The translations under genes were made by a program, and so were the position numbers. From Promethearchaeota archaeon (GTDB lineage: Archaea > Asgardarchaeota > Lokiarchaeia > Sigyniarchaeales > SOKP01): DNA of 64,000 nt. The number at the start of each line of letters is the position of its first letter. Within the stretch, counting starts at the first letter, position 1. Below are positions 9,717 to 20,622 of this stretch, piece by piece. The notes below the pieces were generated by a model, which was not told the DNA's origin, did not search any database, and worked only from the letters and a program-made list of their open reading frames with translations. The stretch covers positions 1 through 64,000 of the forward strand of contig JBHLLT010000014.1 in the NCBI GenBank assembly GCA_048938855.1, written 5' to 3'.

Positions 9717-10235
9717 TTAACTAATCATTTTACCGTGTTCTTTTCTTGCTTTCTTTGTTCTTTCATTTGTGATATAAAAACCAATAAAATAAGCAATAAT
9801 AACCAATAGGAAAAGACAGAGCGCTGACACATAAAACCAACGACCTCTTTCACCAATTACATCCATAATAATCCATTTAAGTAGCCATGTTGCAATTCCA
9901 CCAAGAATAACAAAGACAATATCAAAAAAAGCATTTATAAAACTATCTTTCCTATTTTCATGTTTTAGCCCTAATCTCCAAAGAATCGTGTTTTCGATAA
10001 TTTCCCATATTACAGCGGTAATAAGAACTAATAGCAAGATGAAATACCATGGTACAGTAGAAGGGCCTATTAATAATTCATATAAGGTTATAATTAACGA
10101 GTATATGGAAAAAGCACCAATTCCAAAGGCAATATGACCCCAACTATAATAATCCCAAGGTGAACGGCCCACATAATCCTCTAAAAGACCCACAAAGGGT
10201 AAATAATGTTTACTTTCTGATTCTTTATCTGACAT
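9717..10235 (-). CDS. Hypothetical 4-TM membrane protein
   Basis: Four hydrophobic segments; DYYSWGH..WE..EN..DS..N..D pattern; GAGGA RBS. Confidence 0.75.
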   Translation of the reverse strand: MSDKESESKHYLPFVGLLEDYVGRSPWDYYSWGHIAFGIGAFSIYSLIITLYELLIGPSTVPWYFILLLVLITAVIWEIIENTILWRLGLKHENRKDSFINAFFDIVFVILGGIATWLLKWIIMDVIGERGRWFYVSALCLFLLVIIAYFIGFYITNERTKKARKEHGKMIS

Positions 10236-11008
10236 ATTTAATCCTCTTTTTTTTGGATATAAAAAATTAGAGTATACAATATATAGAAATCAATGGATTT
10301 ATAATTATTCCTACCAAAAAATTAAAATTATCTATTTTCATTATTAGTCTATGTTCAAATTCAAGATTCTCTAAGTTTATTTTTATTTAATATGAGAGGG
10401 TAGAGTAACATAAATATTAGATTAAGGTAATAAATCATTTTGTCGGATACGAACTGAATTCTGAATATTATATTATTTCGGTTGTTTAAAAATGATTTCT
10501 TTCTTATTAAGAACTTAATAAATTGTAAAATTATTTTAACCAAAATGATGAGGAACTAAAATTTTTAAAAAAATTCGGAAATACAATTTCAAAAAAATGT
10601 TATCATTTCGTTTTTCATGAAAGAAAAATTTTTTTTTTTCATTAAAATTAGGAACTTTTTTAGCTTTTATTCCTAAAATAAGGATGTTATAGAGAAATAA
10701 TAATATAACACTCTCATAATGGTATAATACCAATTATATTTACGGAATAATTGAACAGAGCGTTCATGAAATTCACGAAACATTTATTAATATGGGTGAC
10801 TAGATACATTATAGAAAAAAATTATATTTTTTTCTGGTAGTGGAATGTCAAAGCCATATTTATTCCTCCACGAATAATAAATGAGCATTCCATTACTCTC
10901 TTTTTTTTTTAAAATGAATAACTAAATGAAAGTTTTAACTCTGTAAATTTTTAATGTTTGCTGGTTATTTCAGGTTTAAGAAGAAAAATTATAAGATTCA
11001 AAATTAAG

Positions 11009-12202
11009 TTAATCTACAGATTTACTTTTCATAAATTCTTTAATAAGTGTAGGTACAATTTCATGCAGATCACCTACTATTCCATAATGCGCAATACTAA
11101 AAATTGTTGCGTTTGGATCCTTATTAATGGCTACAATAATTTCAGAATTTTGCATTCCTACTAAGTGTTGGATAGCTCCTGATATACCACAGGCAATGTA
11201 TAGTTTGGGGGCAACAGTTTTTCCTGTTTGACCTATTTGTCTATCTTGACTTAGCCAATTTAATTCAACAGTTACTCTAGATCCCCCTAGTTCTGCCCCT
11301 AAAACGTCTGCTAACTTTTCTATGATTTTAAAATTATCTTTAGAACCGACCCCTCTGCCCCCTGCGACAATAATATCAGCATCCTCTAAGTTAACTTGCT
11401 CTTTGTATTTATCTATAACTTTTATAATTTTATTAACTGAATCCTTTTCCTTAAAATCATAATCAATTTTTCGAATTTTAGCTTTCTTTTTTACATTTTC
11501 TAATGCTTTAAATGTACCAGGTCTAACAGTTGCTACTTGGGGTCTGCTGTTAGGAGTTCTTATTGTAGCCATTATGTTTCCTCCAAATGTTGGGCGTGTT
11601 TGTAACAAATTTCGTGTATATAAGTCAATATCTAACCCAGTACAATCTGCAGTCAACCCAGCATTTAGTCTTTTTGCCATCCGGGGAGCAAAATCTCTTC
11701 CTGTAGGAGTAGCACCAATTAAGATGATTTCTGGTTTATAGTTTTGAACTAAATCTGTTAATACTTGTACATACAGGTCAGAATAATAATGTTTTAATTT
11801 TTGAGATTTTATATAGATTATCTCGTCGGCACCATATTGGACGAAATTTTCAAGCTCTTCATCAAAATTGCCACCAAGAATTATAAGTGATAACCCTACT
11901 TCTAATAAATCTGATAATTCTCTTCCCTTTCCTAATAATTGGAATGCAACAGGGTGAATCTCGTTTTTATAATGTTCAGCTATAACCCAGATTCCTTTAT
12001 ACTCTGAGATATCTCTTTTCTCAACTATTTCCTTTTCTAAGGTAATTGCTTGCACAGGACAAACATCTACACAAGCACCACATAAATTGCAATTATCATT
12101 TATCGCTGCCTTATTAGCAATTATGTCAATCCCTCCATAGGGACAGCTTTCTAAGCAACTTGCACATCCAGTACATAAATCATCATCAATAAAAATACTC
12201 AC
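11009..12202 (-). CDS. etfA: Electron transfer flavoprotein alpha subunit with N-terminal 2x[4Fe-4S] ferredoxin
   Basis: CTGCASCLESCP and CNLCGACVDVCP, then GLTADC, RPTFGG, QIGQTGK, GISGAIQH; GTG at 12202 follows GAGGAG. Confidence 0.95.
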   Translation of the reverse strand: MSIFIDDDLCTGCASCLESCPYGGIDIIANKAAINDNCNLCGACVDVCPVQAITLEKEIVEKRDISEYKGIWVIAEHYKNEIHPVAFQLLGKGRELSDLLEVGLSLIILGGNFDEELENFVQYGADEIIYIKSQKLKHYYSDLYVQVLTDLVQNYKPEIILIGATPTGRDFAPRMAKRLNAGLTADCTGLDIDLYTRNLLQTRPTFGGNIMATIRTPNSRPQVATVRPGTFKALENVKKKAKIRKIDYDFKEKDSVNKIIKVIDKYKEQVNLEDADIIVAGGRGVGSKDNFKIIEKLADVLGAELGGSRVTVELNWLSQDRQIGQTGKTVAPKLYIACGISGAIQHLVGMQNSEIIVAINKDPNATIFSIAHYGIVGDLHEIVPTLIKEFMKSKSVD

Positions 12203-12215
12203 TTTTAATATCTCC

Positions 12216-13034
12216 TCATAATACTTTATCATCTTTTAGAGACGACAATAGTTTCAGGGCGATTTCTTCTGCTGTTCCCTCTAAAATAATTTGTTCTCCT
12301 TTCCTTTCTGGAATAAATATCTTCCAAACTTCTGTCATTGAACCCTTTAAACCTATTCTGTTTTCATCAGCGTTGAGTGCTTTAGCATCAAAATGAGTAA
12401 TTTTCTTTTTATCATAGGCATTCATTATTCCAGACATAGTTGGATATCTGGGCTTATTGATTTCTTTTAATACAGAAATTAAACTGGGTATTTTTGATTC
12501 AATTATTACGACTTCTTCTTTTCTAAAGGCTCTTTGCACAATAATTTTATCCTTTTTCAATTCAAACTTCTGCACATAAGTGATTTGTGGGATCCCTAAT
12601 TCTTCCGCTAATTCAGGACCCACTTGAGCTGTATCTCCATCAATTGCGTGAGTTCCACAAATAATAAGATATTTTTCTTTATTTTTTGAATCCAGCAATA
12701 TTTTTTTAATTGCGAGAGATAGAGTATATGATGTCGCTAAAGTGTCTGCTCCAGCAAAAAGTCTGTCTGTTAATAAGAACGCTTTGTCTACCCCCATAGC
12801 CAAAGCTTCACGTAAAACCTCCTCTGCTTGAGGTGGTCCCATACTTAAAGCTATTATTTCTGCACCATGTTGTTCCTTTATTGATAAAGCTAATTCTATC
12901 GCATTTTTATCGAGTGGATTTGTAATGGATGGAATACCTTCTCTTATGAGTGTATTTGTTTTTGGGTCTATCTTAACCTCTGGTACACCAGGTACTTGCT
13001 TTATACAAACAAAAATTTGTAATTTTTCTTCCAT
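12216..13034 (-). CDS. etfB: Electron transfer flavoprotein beta subunit
   Basis: CIKQVP, SMGP, GADTLATS, AIDGDTAQVG. Confidence 0.95.
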   Translation of the reverse strand: MEEKLQIFVCIKQVPGVPEVKIDPKTNTLIREGIPSITNPLDKNAIELALSIKEQHGAEIIALSMGPPQAEEVLREALAMGVDKAFLLTDRLFAGADTLATSYTLSLAIKKILLDSKNKEKYLIICGTHAIDGDTAQVGPELAEELGIPQITYVQKFELKKDKIIVQRAFRKEEVVIIESKIPSLISVLKEINKPRYPTMSGIMNAYDKKKITHFDAKALNADENRIGLKGSMTEVWKIFIPERKGEQIILEGTAEEIALKLLSSLKDDKVL

Positions 13035-14191
13035 TATTGAAATCCTTTTCGTAATAGATGATTTGCTATTACTAGTCTTTGAATCTCTGACGTTCCTTCA
13101 TAAATCTCTCCCATCTTAGCGTCACGGAAGTATCTCTCAACAGGATATGCTTTCATTAATCCATAGCCTCCATGTATTTGAACTGCATCATGTGCTGCTT
13201 GCATTGCAGCTTCAGCAGCTACTAATTTTGCCATTGAACTAGTATATCCATATTCTTTTCCTTGATCACACAAATACGCTGCTTTATACGTCAACAAACG
13301 ACCAGATTCGACAGCAGTTGCCATATTAGATATCATCCATTGTATCCCTTGAAACCTACCAATTGGTTGCCCAAATTGAACTCTTTCATTTGCATATTTA
13401 ACTGAAGCCTCAAGACAGGCTTGGCCTAATCCTACACATTGAGCCGCAATCGATATTCTTCCAAAATCTAAGGTTTGCATAGCTAATTTAAATCCATCTC
13501 CTCGCTTGCCCAAAATATTTTCATCTGGAACTCGAACGTCTTGAAAAACTAATTCTGATGTATCTGAGCCACGAACTCCTAATTTATCTTCCTTTACACC
13601 AACAGAATAACCAGGTGTATCAGTATTAACAATAAAAACAGTTAGTTCTTTTCGTTTATCTTTTTCTCCAGTTTTTGCTACCACTAACAATGTTTTAGCA
13701 ATTCCACCATTTGTAGCAAAAATTTTACTCCCATTTAAGATCCATTCATCACCGTCTTTTTCAGCCTTAAGTTGCACTCCTGCAGCATCAGAACCAGCGT
13801 TAGCTTCCGTTAAACAAAATGCTCCTATTTTCTCTCCTTTAGCTAATGGAATTAAAAACCTTTGTTTCTGCTCTTCAGATCCAAACCTGTATAGGGGACT
13901 TGCGACTACTGAACAATGAACTCCTGTAGTAATTGACCAAGATGCATCTACTCGTCCAATTTCTTCCGTCACAATACAAAAACTCAAAGAATCATTATGA
14001 AGACCTGCCCCACCATACTCTTCTGGAATACAAGTGCCAAAGTAATTCATTTCTTTCATCTTTTCCATTACTGATGGGTCTAATTGTTGTTTATGATCAC
14101 TTTCTTGGGCTATAGGTGCAATATATTTCTCAGCAAATTCACGTGTAACCTTCTTTAACATTTTTTGCTTTTCACTTAAGCTAAAATCCAT
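13034..14191 (-). CDS. Acyl-CoA dehydrogenase (Bcd-like)
   Basis: FCLTEANAGSD, GSKIFATNG, QIHGGYG, IYEGTSEIQR. Confidence 0.95.
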   Translation of the reverse strand: MDFSLSEKQKMLKKVTREFAEKYIAPIAQESDHKQQLDPSVMEKMKEMNYFGTCIPEEYGGAGLHNDSLSFCIVTEEIGRVDASWSITTGVHCSVVASPLYRFGSEEQKQRFLIPLAKGEKIGAFCLTEANAGSDAAGVQLKAEKDGDEWILNGSKIFATNGGIAKTLLVVAKTGEKDKRKELTVFIVNTDTPGYSVGVKEDKLGVRGSDTSELVFQDVRVPDENILGKRGDGFKLAMQTLDFGRISIAAQCVGLGQACLEASVKYANERVQFGQPIGRFQGIQWMISNMATAVESGRLLTYKAAYLCDQGKEYGYTSSMAKLVAAEAAMQAAHDAVQIHGGYGLMKAYPVERYFRDAKMGEIYEGTSEIQRLVIANHLLRKGFQ

Positions 14192-14494
14192 GATAAATAA
14201 CCATATTCTTTACTATTTTATCAAAATCGTAATTTTGAAGTATTCTAATTGAAAAAACTAGTTAATAATCATAATTATAGTTTATTAAATTTATAGCTTC
14301 ATAAGAAGGAGGAAAATGTACTTTATCAATTAAAGTGTAATTTTTATATACTTGTGAAATTAATCTATATATTAAAACACTTAATTAAATAAACAAGTTT
14401 TTAAGCAAATTTAAAAACAAAAGGAATATTGTTTTCTCTTGTTTTTAGAATTTTTTAATAAAAAAAAATTACCTATAAGAGGAAAGAAATTATA

Positions 14495-15766
14495 ATGGAA
14501 GTTGAACAAGTTTTTTTAAAACTATTTGGGAGAAATCTTATAAGTTATAAAAAGCTTGAAAACGGCCAAGTAAAAGGTTCAGGGATCCTCAACCCCATCC
14601 TCGATAAATTCGTGGTATATCGTTTAGTTTTTATGCTTCTCTTACAAGCAAATTTCTATAAACAATATAGTAATCTAGGGAAATGGAAAGGAAAGTATCA
14701 GGTAGCAAATACATTTGCTCCCCCAGTGGGCAGTAAACCAATGTTTCGTGCTTTAAAAGGATTAATAAAATCACAATTAATGCCTTATCCATTACCCTTA
14801 GCAATGACTTTCGCTGTTTCTTATAATTGTCAATGCAATTGTGTTCATTGTAGTGCGGGAAAGCATTTTAAGAAAGATAGGAAAGAACTTACCACAGAAG
14901 AGGCGAAAAAATTAATAGATGAAGCTCAGAAATTGGGTGTATCCATGATTGTATTTACAGGAGGAGAACCTTTATTGCGTGAAGACATTTTCGAGCTTGT
15001 ATCTTATGTAGATTCTACAAAAGCAATGCCAATGATGTTTACTAATGGTGAGTTTCTCACAGATGAAAATGTGGAGAAACTAGCGGATGCGGGTCTCTAT
15101 TCAGTTTTTTTAAGTATTGATTCGCCTAATCCAGAAGAACATGATACTTTACGAGGAAGACCTGGGCTCTTCGAGATTGCAATCGAAGGTCTTTTAAAAG
15201 CTAAATCAAAAGGAATTTTTGTGGGATTTTCTAGTTATGCTACCCACACAGGTGCCGATCGAGGTATATATCAGCAGCTATATAAGTACGGCCAAGAATT
15301 AGGAGTTCAAAATATCCTACTTTTCGATTGTGTACCCACGGGAAAAATGTTACATGATACAAGTGAAATGTTAACATTTGAACAGAGGGAAGTGCTACAT
15401 CAATTCTCTGCTGAAAAATTCAGAAACAGTGAGCTACCGCCGCTGTCCTCACAAAGTTGGCAGAATAGTGTCGAGGCATATTTATCTGGAATAGGATGTT
15501 TAGCAGCGAATATACAATTTTACGTTTCAGCTTATGGAGATGTCTCTCCGTGTGATTTCTCACCTCTTGGTTTTGGTAATATTCGAAAAGAGCCACTGAA
15601 AAAAATCTGGATGCGAATGGTAAAACACCCCGCTTATAATCATCGAAGCCCATTCTGTAGAATGCAAGATCCAAGTTTCAGAAAGTTTTACGTTGATCCT
15701 ATTCCTGATGATGCATCTTTGCCTTACCCTATAACTAAACTCCCAAGTGTAGATTATCGAACATAA
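14495..15766 (+). CDS. Radical SAM protein with SPASM/Twitch-type C-terminus
   Basis: CQCNCVHC, FTGGEP, GC.A...G.V.PC. Confidence 0.9.
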   Translation: MEVEQVFLKLFGRNLISYKKLENGQVKGSGILNPILDKFVVYRLVFMLLLQANFYKQYSNLGKWKGKYQVANTFAPPVGSKPMFRALKGLIKSQLMPYPLPLAMTFAVSYNCQCNCVHCSAGKHFKKDRKELTTEEAKKLIDEAQKLGVSMIVFTGGEPLLREDIFELVSYVDSTKAMPMMFTNGEFLTDENVEKLADAGLYSVFLSIDSPNPEEHDTLRGRPGLFEIAIEGLLKAKSKGIFVGFSSYATHTGADRGIYQQLYKYGQELGVQNILLFDCVPTGKMLHDTSEMLTFEQREVLHQFSAEKFRNSELPPLSSQSWQNSVEAYLSGIGCLAANIQFYVSAYGDVSPCDFSPLGFGNIRKEPLKKIWMRMVKHPAYNHRSPFCRMQDPSFRKFYVDPIPDDASLPYPITKLPSVDYRT

Positions 15767-15818
15767 AAGATATCTTTTTTTCTCTTTCTATTACGTTTCT
15801 CTACTAAAACAATTTTTT

Positions 15819-17051
15819 TTATAATTTTCTTGGAACATCAATTTCAATGTCTGAAATTGGATATGACGAACATGGATGGAAATAATTATATAACTTATCA
15901 GCGTTTCGTCTTAAATCCGTTTTAGGATTTATGTATATTCTCCCCGAGAGAAGAGCAGAACGACAAAATCCACATTCACCTGATCTGCATTTTGAAGGTG
16001 GTGCGAGATTTGCTCTTTCCATAGCTACGAGAACTGACTCTGTTGATAATGCTGGTATTTCCTTTAAAACATTCCCGATTTTAACCTTTATTTTAAAGCT
16101 TCTTTCAGCAAGATTTTTTGGAAATTCGGAATATTTTATGATCTCTTTAACTTCACCGTAAACTTCCTTACGAATTCTTTTTGGAATTATATTCAGTTTT
16201 TCTAATTCACTATCAATGAAATTATATAATTCTTGAGGGCCACAAATAAAAAACGAGCTCTTATCAATATCTACATATTTTTTAATTATCTCAGCTGTTA
16301 TGAATCCTTTTTCACATCCATCTAAAGTGATTTCTTCACAGCTTAAGACGACTACAACTTTTATTCTATCTGAATGTTGTTCTTCCAGCTTTTTAAAATC
16401 GTCATAAAAAATTATATCATCTTCTTTACTACTCCCATACAATAAAGTTAGATGTGCATTCAAACTTCCTGTTGCAATCTCTTTAGCAATTGACATAAAT
16501 GGATTAATTCCAGTTCCTCCAGCAATTCCAACAATATATTCTGAATCACGTAGTTGATCATAATATAGGTTTCCCTCAGGACCAGAGCTTTCTATTTTCG
16601 TACCTACTCTCCAATTTTTCCAAATAAAATCCGTTAAAAAGCCATTCTCTTCATTACGAATTGTAATTAGATAAAATCCATCCAATGCGTCTGAGGGAGA
16701 TGAAGATAAAGAATAAGGTCTTGTTATAGAAACATCGTCTACCAGAACTCTTAAGCTTAAATACTGACCCGCTCTAAAATAGGCAAGTCCTTTCGTTTCA
16801 GAACTGGGATCCGGTACGAGTTTAAAGGTTTTTGTAGATTTTGATTCCTCTTTTATTTCATCTATTATCAAATATTGCTTTTTTGGATGTAGTTCTTGAA
16901 CAAGTTTATTAATTGGATCAAAATCTATTGGATTATCAGGAGCTTTGCTAATTTTTTTCTCTCTATCAGATATCAGATTCTTAAATGCGAGTAAATCTCT
17001 GATGTTTCCTTTGACACTGACATCTAATTTACTTTCTCTTTCTTTTTTCAT
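15819..17051 (-). CDS. FAD/NAD(P)H oxidoreductase with C-terminal 2Fe-2S (PaaE/Hcr-like)
   Basis: RPYSLSS, AGGTGINP, FICGP, CRSGECGFC...PC. Confidence 0.9.
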   Translation of the reverse strand: MKKERESKLDVSVKGNIRDLLAFKNLISDREKKISKAPDNPIDFDPINKLVQELHPKKQYLIIDEIKEESKSTKTFKLVPDPSSETKGLAYFRAGQYLSLRVLVDDVSITRPYSLSSSPSDALDGFYLITIRNEENGFLTDFIWKNWRVGTKIESSGPEGNLYYDQLRDSEYIVGIAGGTGINPFMSIAKEIATGSLNAHLTLLYGSSKEDDIIFYDDFKKLEEQHSDRIKVVVVLSCEEITLDGCEKGFITAEIIKKYVDIDKSSFFICGPQELYNFIDSELEKLNIIPKRIRKEVYGEVKEIIKYSEFPKNLAERSFKIKVKIGNVLKEIPALSTESVLVAMERANLAPPSKCRSGECGFCRSALLSGRIYINPKTDLRRNADKLYNYFHPCSSYPISDIEIDVPRKL

Positions 17052-18610
17052 GGTGAGGTACCCTCCCTTTTATTCAAATCTTGAATTGTCAGAAATGCCG
17101 TTATTTGACCTGATAATAGAGTATTTGTATAGCTTTGACAATTTGCAGAAAATCCACCACAAATCTCCAAACCCTTAATATATTTTTCATCTGCCATTGC
17201 CATTAACCTTGGCATAAAGGAATCCCATGGATCAGTTTCATATCCATAAGCCGAACCATAATAAGTACCAGTATAACGAGCAAGTGTTTGAGGTGTCGCA
17301 ATTTCAATTTCTTCAATATAATCTCTTATTGATGATCCAGTAGCTTTTTCAAAAGCATCTATTAGATCATCAGCAATTCTGGTTTTTAATTTAAAATAAT
17401 CCTTAGCCTTAACGTCTTTCCATGCTTCAGGTAAAAAGAAAGCAGTTATCATTAACATACAGGTGCCAGCTGGAGAACAATCTTGAATAACATTATTTAA
17501 GCATACAGTTGCCTGAGCTTTTGGATAGTCTAAAGTATTAAAGGATTCATAGATTTCTTCTGTATTCATTGTTTCATAGATATGATAACTGTAATTAGAG
17601 ATCCCCAATTCCTCTGCCGAGGCATTCAAACCTAAATAAACAACAAAACAACTAATTGCATGTCTTCTGGCATTGATATTTTTATATGCAATTTTGGGAA
17701 CTTTATTTTTAGGATAAATCAAGTTATTGTATATGAGCGTAGGAGACGCATTTGAAATTACATGTTTAGTCTTTATTTTATCGCCCTTAGATGTTTCAAC
17801 TCCAACAACTTTACCTTTTTCTATCAATATCTTTTCTACTTTTGTATTGAATTGAATATTACCCCCCCTTTCTCTAATTTTTGATTCTAAAGCAGAAGTA
17901 AATCCGTGTGAGCGATATTTCGGAAAATAGGCTTTTCGAATTATAAAATAATAATGCATGGCAGCGTAGAAACTAAAATTAATCCTACTTGTTGGTATTG
18001 CGATGTAACACCAGTAAGCATTAAGGATATCCTGGGCTCTTTTTGGAATCTTTAATGCGTTATTTACTTCGTCTAATGTATAAGGTGTGACTTTTAAGAA
18101 GTTTTTGTATTCTTTTATCAGTTTTTTCTTATCAGGATTTCCTTCTGACTCTGTAATATATGAGATTGCGTTAATTATCTCATTGCATAAAGAAAGATAA
18201 TTTCTAATAGATTCCCTTGATCCCGGAACTTCTCTTTCAAGGGTATTGATGAAATCTTCTTCTCCAAATGGAACTACCATATCCATCTTCTCATCTGGGT
18301 TAGTTACGATTAACCTAAAAGCTTCTGGAATTTCTACAAACTCAATATTTAATCCTAAATCATCTTCAAACAACTTCCTAATGCTTCCTTTATTTGTGGT
18401 AGGGCCATAATCACATAATTCATGGAGAGATGCCTCAAATTCAAATCGACCTCTTATAAAACTAGTAGCAAAACCTCCAGGTAAGTTGTGTTGTTCAAAA
18501 AGTATCACTTTCTTTCCTTCAATTGCTAATTGAGCAGCTGCTGTTAAACCACCATTCCCAGCTCCTATAACAACAACATCATATGATTCTTCAAAATTTT
18601 GTGGATTCAT
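17048..18610 (-). CDS. Phytoene desaturase / CrtISO / retinol saturase family FAD oxidoreductase
   Basis: VIGAGNGG..EQHNLPGGFATSF.RG.FEFE; EIATP.T..RY. Confidence 0.88.
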   Translation of the reverse strand: MNPQNFEESYDVVVIGAGNGGLTAAAQLAIEGKKVILFEQHNLPGGFATSFIRGRFEFEASLHELCDYGPTTNKGSIRKLFEDDLGLNIEFVEIPEAFRLIVTNPDEKMDMVVPFGEEDFINTLEREVPGSRESIRNYLSLCNEIINAISYITESEGNPDKKKLIKEYKNFLKVTPYTLDEVNNALKIPKRAQDILNAYWCYIAIPTSRINFSFYAAMHYYFIIRKAYFPKYRSHGFTSALESKIRERGGNIQFNTKVEKILIEKGKVVGVETSKGDKIKTKHVISNASPTLIYNNLIYPKNKVPKIAYKNINARRHAISCFVVYLGLNASAEELGISNYSYHIYETMNTEEIYESFNTLDYPKAQATVCLNNVIQDCSPAGTCMLMITAFFLPEAWKDVKAKDYFKLKTRIADDLIDAFEKATGSSIRDYIEEIEIATPQTLARYTGTYYGSAYGYETDPWDSFMPRLMAMADEKYIKGLEICGGFSANCQSYTNTLLSGQITAFLTIQDLNKREGTSP

Positions 18611-18758
18611 AATCTTATGTTATAATCTCCCTAAAATAAATTAATTAATAAATTAAATTTGCACTTTCATAAATACTTTCAGATTAAATCCACTCTTTAA
18701 AGAGCATACTAACATCTCTGTTGACGCTCTAATAAAAAAAAAGAAAAAAATTGATTGT

Positions 18759-19484
18759 TTATTCCATCTTTAAAAGTCTTTTTGTCCATCTTGGAAGAAC
18801 TAAACCTATATAAAACTCGAGTGAGCTTGATAATAAGATCAATCTCGCAATAAGATAAGTAATCTGTGAAGGTATTGCAAAGTCTAATACTGTACCAATA
18901 GAAAAAGAAATAAACGCAATCAATAAAAATTTACCTTTCATCTTGATTTCTGGAACATCTGAACGTAATGAAACTCTAGAAAACGGGATACCAACTAATA
19001 AAAAGACGATTAAACTGAAGATGAAATATATCTGACTAGGAATGGACCAATCTAACACAAAAATTTCTTGATATGTTGCGATGAATGACAAGTCATAAAA
19101 AAGAAAGATGAAAAAGTAAATCTCATATGCGATATTTACACATACATCTATTGCAAAAAATGCGTTTCTTTTTCCTTTAGATATTGGCAACACTTTCAGA
19201 AAAGCAATGAGTCCTATAGTAATAGTAATTGGCAAAAATGCAATCCCTAAAACGACATATATTGTAAGAGGGATGGATCCCCCAGTGAAAAGAACTGCTA
19301 TGAAAGTAATAATATTAGGCCACCAAGGTGTAGTCATACCAATCCAAAAGATTCCAAAAAGTAAAAATTCAATTCTCTTTAATTTGGGATACCTTGAAGC
19401 GATTCGTATTCCAAGAATAATTGAAATTACCACAAAAACTATTGTTAAGCTTCCATGTAATATTTCCAATAAATCTAAAACCAT
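18759..19484 (-). CDS. Hypothetical 7-TM membrane protein
   Basis: About seven hydrophobic helices; no catalytic motif recognised. Confidence 0.75.
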   Translation of the reverse strand: MVLDLLEILHGSLTIVFVVISIILGIRIASRYPKLKRIEFLLFGIFWIGMTTPWWPNIITFIAVLFTGGSIPLTIYVVLGIAFLPITITIGLIAFLKVLPISKGKRNAFFAIDVCVNIAYEIYFFIFLFYDLSFIATYQEIFVLDWSIPSQIYFIFSLIVFLLVGIPFSRVSLRSDVPEIKMKGKFLLIAFISFSIGTVLDFAIPSQITYLIARLILLSSSLEFYIGLVLPRWTKRLLKME

Positions 19485-19657
19485 TTAAATTCACTGGTAA
19501 TTGTAGTTTACATTCGCCAAATTTTTTTTTGGCAAATATAATCATTATTCGTTAAAAACCTTAATATAGCTTTATTTGGGTTTTTCCAAATCTGTCCATG
19601 ACTTATAAACTTAAATATTTGAATAGAATTAAATCAGACTCTATCATTACATAAATT

Positions 19658-20470
19658 ATGATTAATGACAACCAACATTTTACAGTTTCAAAACATAAAG
19701 AATATTTATATGTAATTAATGAAAACATCTCACTTGTTCATCCAGTTTATACAAACGATCCTCTTAATATTTATTTACTCTTAGGTTCTCACACTGCTCT
19801 TTTGCTTGATACAGGCTGTGGACTTTCTCCTTTAAAACCGATTGTAGATAAGTTGATTGGAGATAAAATTCTACTAGTTTTTAATACTCACTATCATTGG
19901 GATCATCCTCTGGGGAACGTAGAATTTGAGGAAGTTTACATACATGAGAATGAAGTAGATTATGTTTCAAAACCTTATGATGTGTCTTATTTTAAGGATT
20001 CTCCTAGTGAAACAGTAAAGGTTTATGCAAAGCAAAATTTTCTAATTCCACCTGCAAAAGCAATTAGACCATTAAAAGATGGAGATTTATTCGATTTGGG
20101 AGGTATAGAAATAAAAGTTATACATTGCCCTGGGCACTCTCCGGGCTCTATATGTTTATCAACCTCTACTGGTGAACTATTTACTACTGACGTAGCTTAC
20201 TACGGAGATCAGTTCTTGCCTAAAAGAGAAAAATTTCCTGAAGTTCTTAAGACTCTCTCTAAATTAATAAAACTATGTGAAACACAAAAAAACCTCGAGC
20301 TTTTTCCATCACATAGAGATTATCCATGTGATATAACACTTTTAACAGATTTATATAAAGCAATTCAAAATATTGAAAATTTATGGGATACAAAAATACC
20401 CTTTGACTTTTTTGAAGCATGGCAGATTGATGATCCTAAATTTAGATTTTATGTATCTCGTACGTATTAA
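19658..20470 (+). CDS. Metallo-beta-lactamase fold hydrolase
   Basis: DTG, THYHWDH, PGHSPG. Confidence 0.92.
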   Translation: MINDNQHFTVSKHKEYLYVINENISLVHPVYTNDPLNIYLLLGSHTALLLDTGCGLSPLKPIVDKLIGDKILLVFNTHYHWDHPLGNVEFEEVYIHENEVDYVSKPYDVSYFKDSPSETVKVYAKQNFLIPPAKAIRPLKDGDLFDLGGIEIKVIHCPGHSPGSICLSTSTGELFTTDVAYYGDQFLPKREKFPEVLKTLSKLIKLCETQKNLELFPSHRDYPCDITLLTDLYKAIQNIENLWDTKIPFDFFEAWQIDDPKFRFYVSRTY

Positions 20471-20622
20471 GGCATTTATCCTTAATATCCTATATTTTAT
20501 AATAGAAATTCTAAAATAGTTAAATATCTTTATTAAACTCATAAATTCAATAAACGCTTGTTTTAAAATCTTGGAAGAAAGAGAATTTAATCAAGAAAAA
20601 ATAGACTAAAGTTAAACTTATT

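Noticed and set aside
10260-11008. Short ORFs 10361, 10536 and 10958 in a long AT-rich spacer
   Set aside because: Low-complexity K/F/I/N translations without motifs; no RNA gene or repeat recognised
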